Source: an uncultured delta proteobacterium (GTDB taxonomy: Bacteria > Desulfobacterota > Binatia > Binatales > Binataceae). From it: a DNA stretch of 64,000 nucleotides. Of the stretch, positions 62,958 through 64,000 are shown in pieces (position 1 is the first letter of the stretch; every line of letters starts with the position of its first letter). A program made the translations under genes and the position numbers. The stretch lies in NCBI GenBank assembly GCA_963724765.1, contig CAVRVY010000004.1:1096606-1160605 (forward strand), written 5' to 3'. Under the pieces are notes generated by a model that did not search any database, was not told where the DNA came from, and saw only the letters and a list, made by a program, of their open reading frames with translations.

Positions 62958-63740
62958 ATGAAAACGAAACGATCTTCACGAGCAAACGGATTGGCTATGT
63001 CGCTGGGACTGCTGGCAGGGGCCGTCCTTCTGACCAGCGCACTGTTCGCCTGCTCAGCCACCAGTCAGGGTCAGGTTGCGCTGCAACAGCCGACACCGAC
63101 CGGAGGCAGCGCTCCGACCGGTGCGGCCCAATTCCTGGGGAGTGACGCTGCGCTGCTTCAGCCCGGGGCCGAGGGCCAGGCCGCCTTTGTGTACATCAAC
63201 CCCAACGTGCAGTGGAGCAACTACAAAAAGGTCCTGCTGAAGCCCGTGGAGTTCTGGGACACTCCCAACTCGAGCGTCTCTCCTGACGACCAGAAGATGC
63301 TGACCTCGTACTTTTACAATTCGCTGCAAAAGAACCTGCAGCAGAATTTCACCCTGGTCGATCAGCCGGGGCCCGGAGTGATCACCGTCGCGGTCGCGAT
63401 TATAAATGCCGAAGGGGCCACCCCCGGTTTGCGATCGGTCTCCCTGGTCATTCCGCAGGCTCGCATATTGAATTACGCGCAATCGCTTGCGACCGGCCAC
63501 GCCGCCTTCGCCGGGTCCGCCGAAGCGGCTTTCAAGGCCACGGATTCGAGCACCGGCATATTGTTGGCGGAGTCGGTGGACAAGCGCGTCGGTGGCATGG
63601 CAGTGGCCAACGCGGCGCAGGTGCAATGGGGCGACGCCGAGGCCGCCATGGACTATTGGTCGCAAAAGATCACGCAGCGCGCGGTCGCGCTCGGAGCGGG
63701 CACTCCGGCTGCCGCCGCACCGGCCCCAGCGAGCAACTAA
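62958..63740 (+). CDS. DUF3313-like lipoprotein
   Basis: GGAGAG precedes the ATG at 62958. It has the lipobox LFAC and YKKVLLKPVEFWD. The family call is from memory. Confidence 0.6.
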   Translation: MKTKRSSRANGLAMSLGLLAGAVLLTSALFACSATSQGQVALQQPTPTGGSAPTGAAQFLGSDAALLQPGAEGQAAFVYINPNVQWSNYKKVLLKPVEFWDTPNSSVSPDDQKMLTSYFYNSLQKNLQQNFTLVDQPGPGVITVAVAIINAEGATPGLRSVSLVIPQARILNYAQSLATGHAAFAGSAEAAFKATDSSTGILLAESVDKRVGGMAVANAAQVQWGDAEAAMDYWSQKITQRAVALGAGTPAAAAPAPASN

Positions 63741-63918
63741 TCAGGACATGGGAGAATCGAAATCCGACCGACGCCGGGAAGGATCGAATGCAGGTTTTCG
63801 CTCGCTCTACGACATCTAGTGTTTTACTGTTTGGATCCGAATAGATTCTTACTTAACTACTCATACCCAGATGCCTGCTCTTCCGACTCGGAACATCGGG
63901 GCAAATGAAAGGAGACCG

Positions 63919-64000
63919 ATGATGAACGTAAAAACATCTTGTTCTCATGCGCTGCTGATATTTGCGGGCGCGACGTTCGGAGGATTTCTGTGTGGCCATG
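63919..64000 (+). CDS. 5' end of a secreted or membrane protein (runs off the window)
   Basis: AAAGGAGA RBS, then ATGATG and the hydrophobic start MMNVKTSCSHALLIFAGATFGGFLCGH. Confidence 0.3.
   Translation, partial: MMNVKTSCSHALLIFAGATFGGFLCGH

Noticed and set aside
1-64000. tRNA, rRNA, tmRNA or other structured RNA genes in the larger intergenic regions (624-859, 1385-1897, 20157-20591, 35712-36237, 40139-40494, 47094-47392, 63741-63918).
   Set aside because: No T-loop (GGTTCGAATCC-like) or cloverleaf-compatible segments, or rRNA-like conserved blocks, were recognised. Absence is by eye only.

Overview
High-GC bacterial chromosomal segment with about 60 genes. The gene content looks like a Gram-negative soil organism, but I cannot verify the taxonomy from sequence alone. 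I recognised no rRNA, tRNA, CRISPR array, transposase or integrase.

Gene layout from left to right:
- The 3' end of a sigma-54 activator, then a near-consensus sigma-54 promoter, a CheY-type receiver gene and a terminator.
- A tightly packed same-strand envelope block: a beta-barrel OMP with a CACGCG N-terminus, TlpA-like thioredoxin, a lipoprotein, SCO1/SenC, a COX2-like cupredoxin with a non-canonical Cys-rich metal site, rhodanese, and MauE/DoxX. No oxidase catalytic subunit is present.
- A TonB-dependent receptor.
- Acetate kinase next to a disrupted phosphoketolase.
- A 1367-aa DUF748/AsmA-like protein.
- A small membrane-stress cluster (DUF883, holin-like, DUF1328, BON).
- A roughly 15-kb exopolysaccharide locus whose family content resembles PEP-CTERM/exosortase-type loci: export protein, chain-length determinant, ExeA-like ATPase, degenerate BY-kinase-like protein, diacetamido-sugar enzymes, priming transferase, flippase, deacetylase, GT4 and a FemAB-like protein. 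No exosortase or Wzy is present in the window.
- A visibly lower-GC patch encoding a large secreted repeat-bearing protein and a 10-Cys small secreted protein.
- AhpD-like and GFA proteins.
- A PqiA/A/B/C-type MCE system.
- An AI-2E transporter and an 8-heme cytochrome c-TPR fusion.
- Two DUF4410 lipoprotein paralogs and an arylsulfatase.
- A FixL/FixJ-like two-component system.
- A second MCE (MlaE/F/D plus lipoprotein) system.
- An OMP paired with a DUF3313 lipoprotein.

Most notable observations:
1. The orphan copper/thiol envelope block and its atypical CuA-like site.
2. A 63-bp direct repeat bracketing about 5.1 kb of that block.
3. Seven reading-frame lesions in five otherwise well-conserved genes, including two in-frame TAA codons.
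4. The low-GC operon with perfect 66-bp tandem repeats plus a small Cys-rich protein.

All family assignments come from motif recognition by eye. No database search was run.
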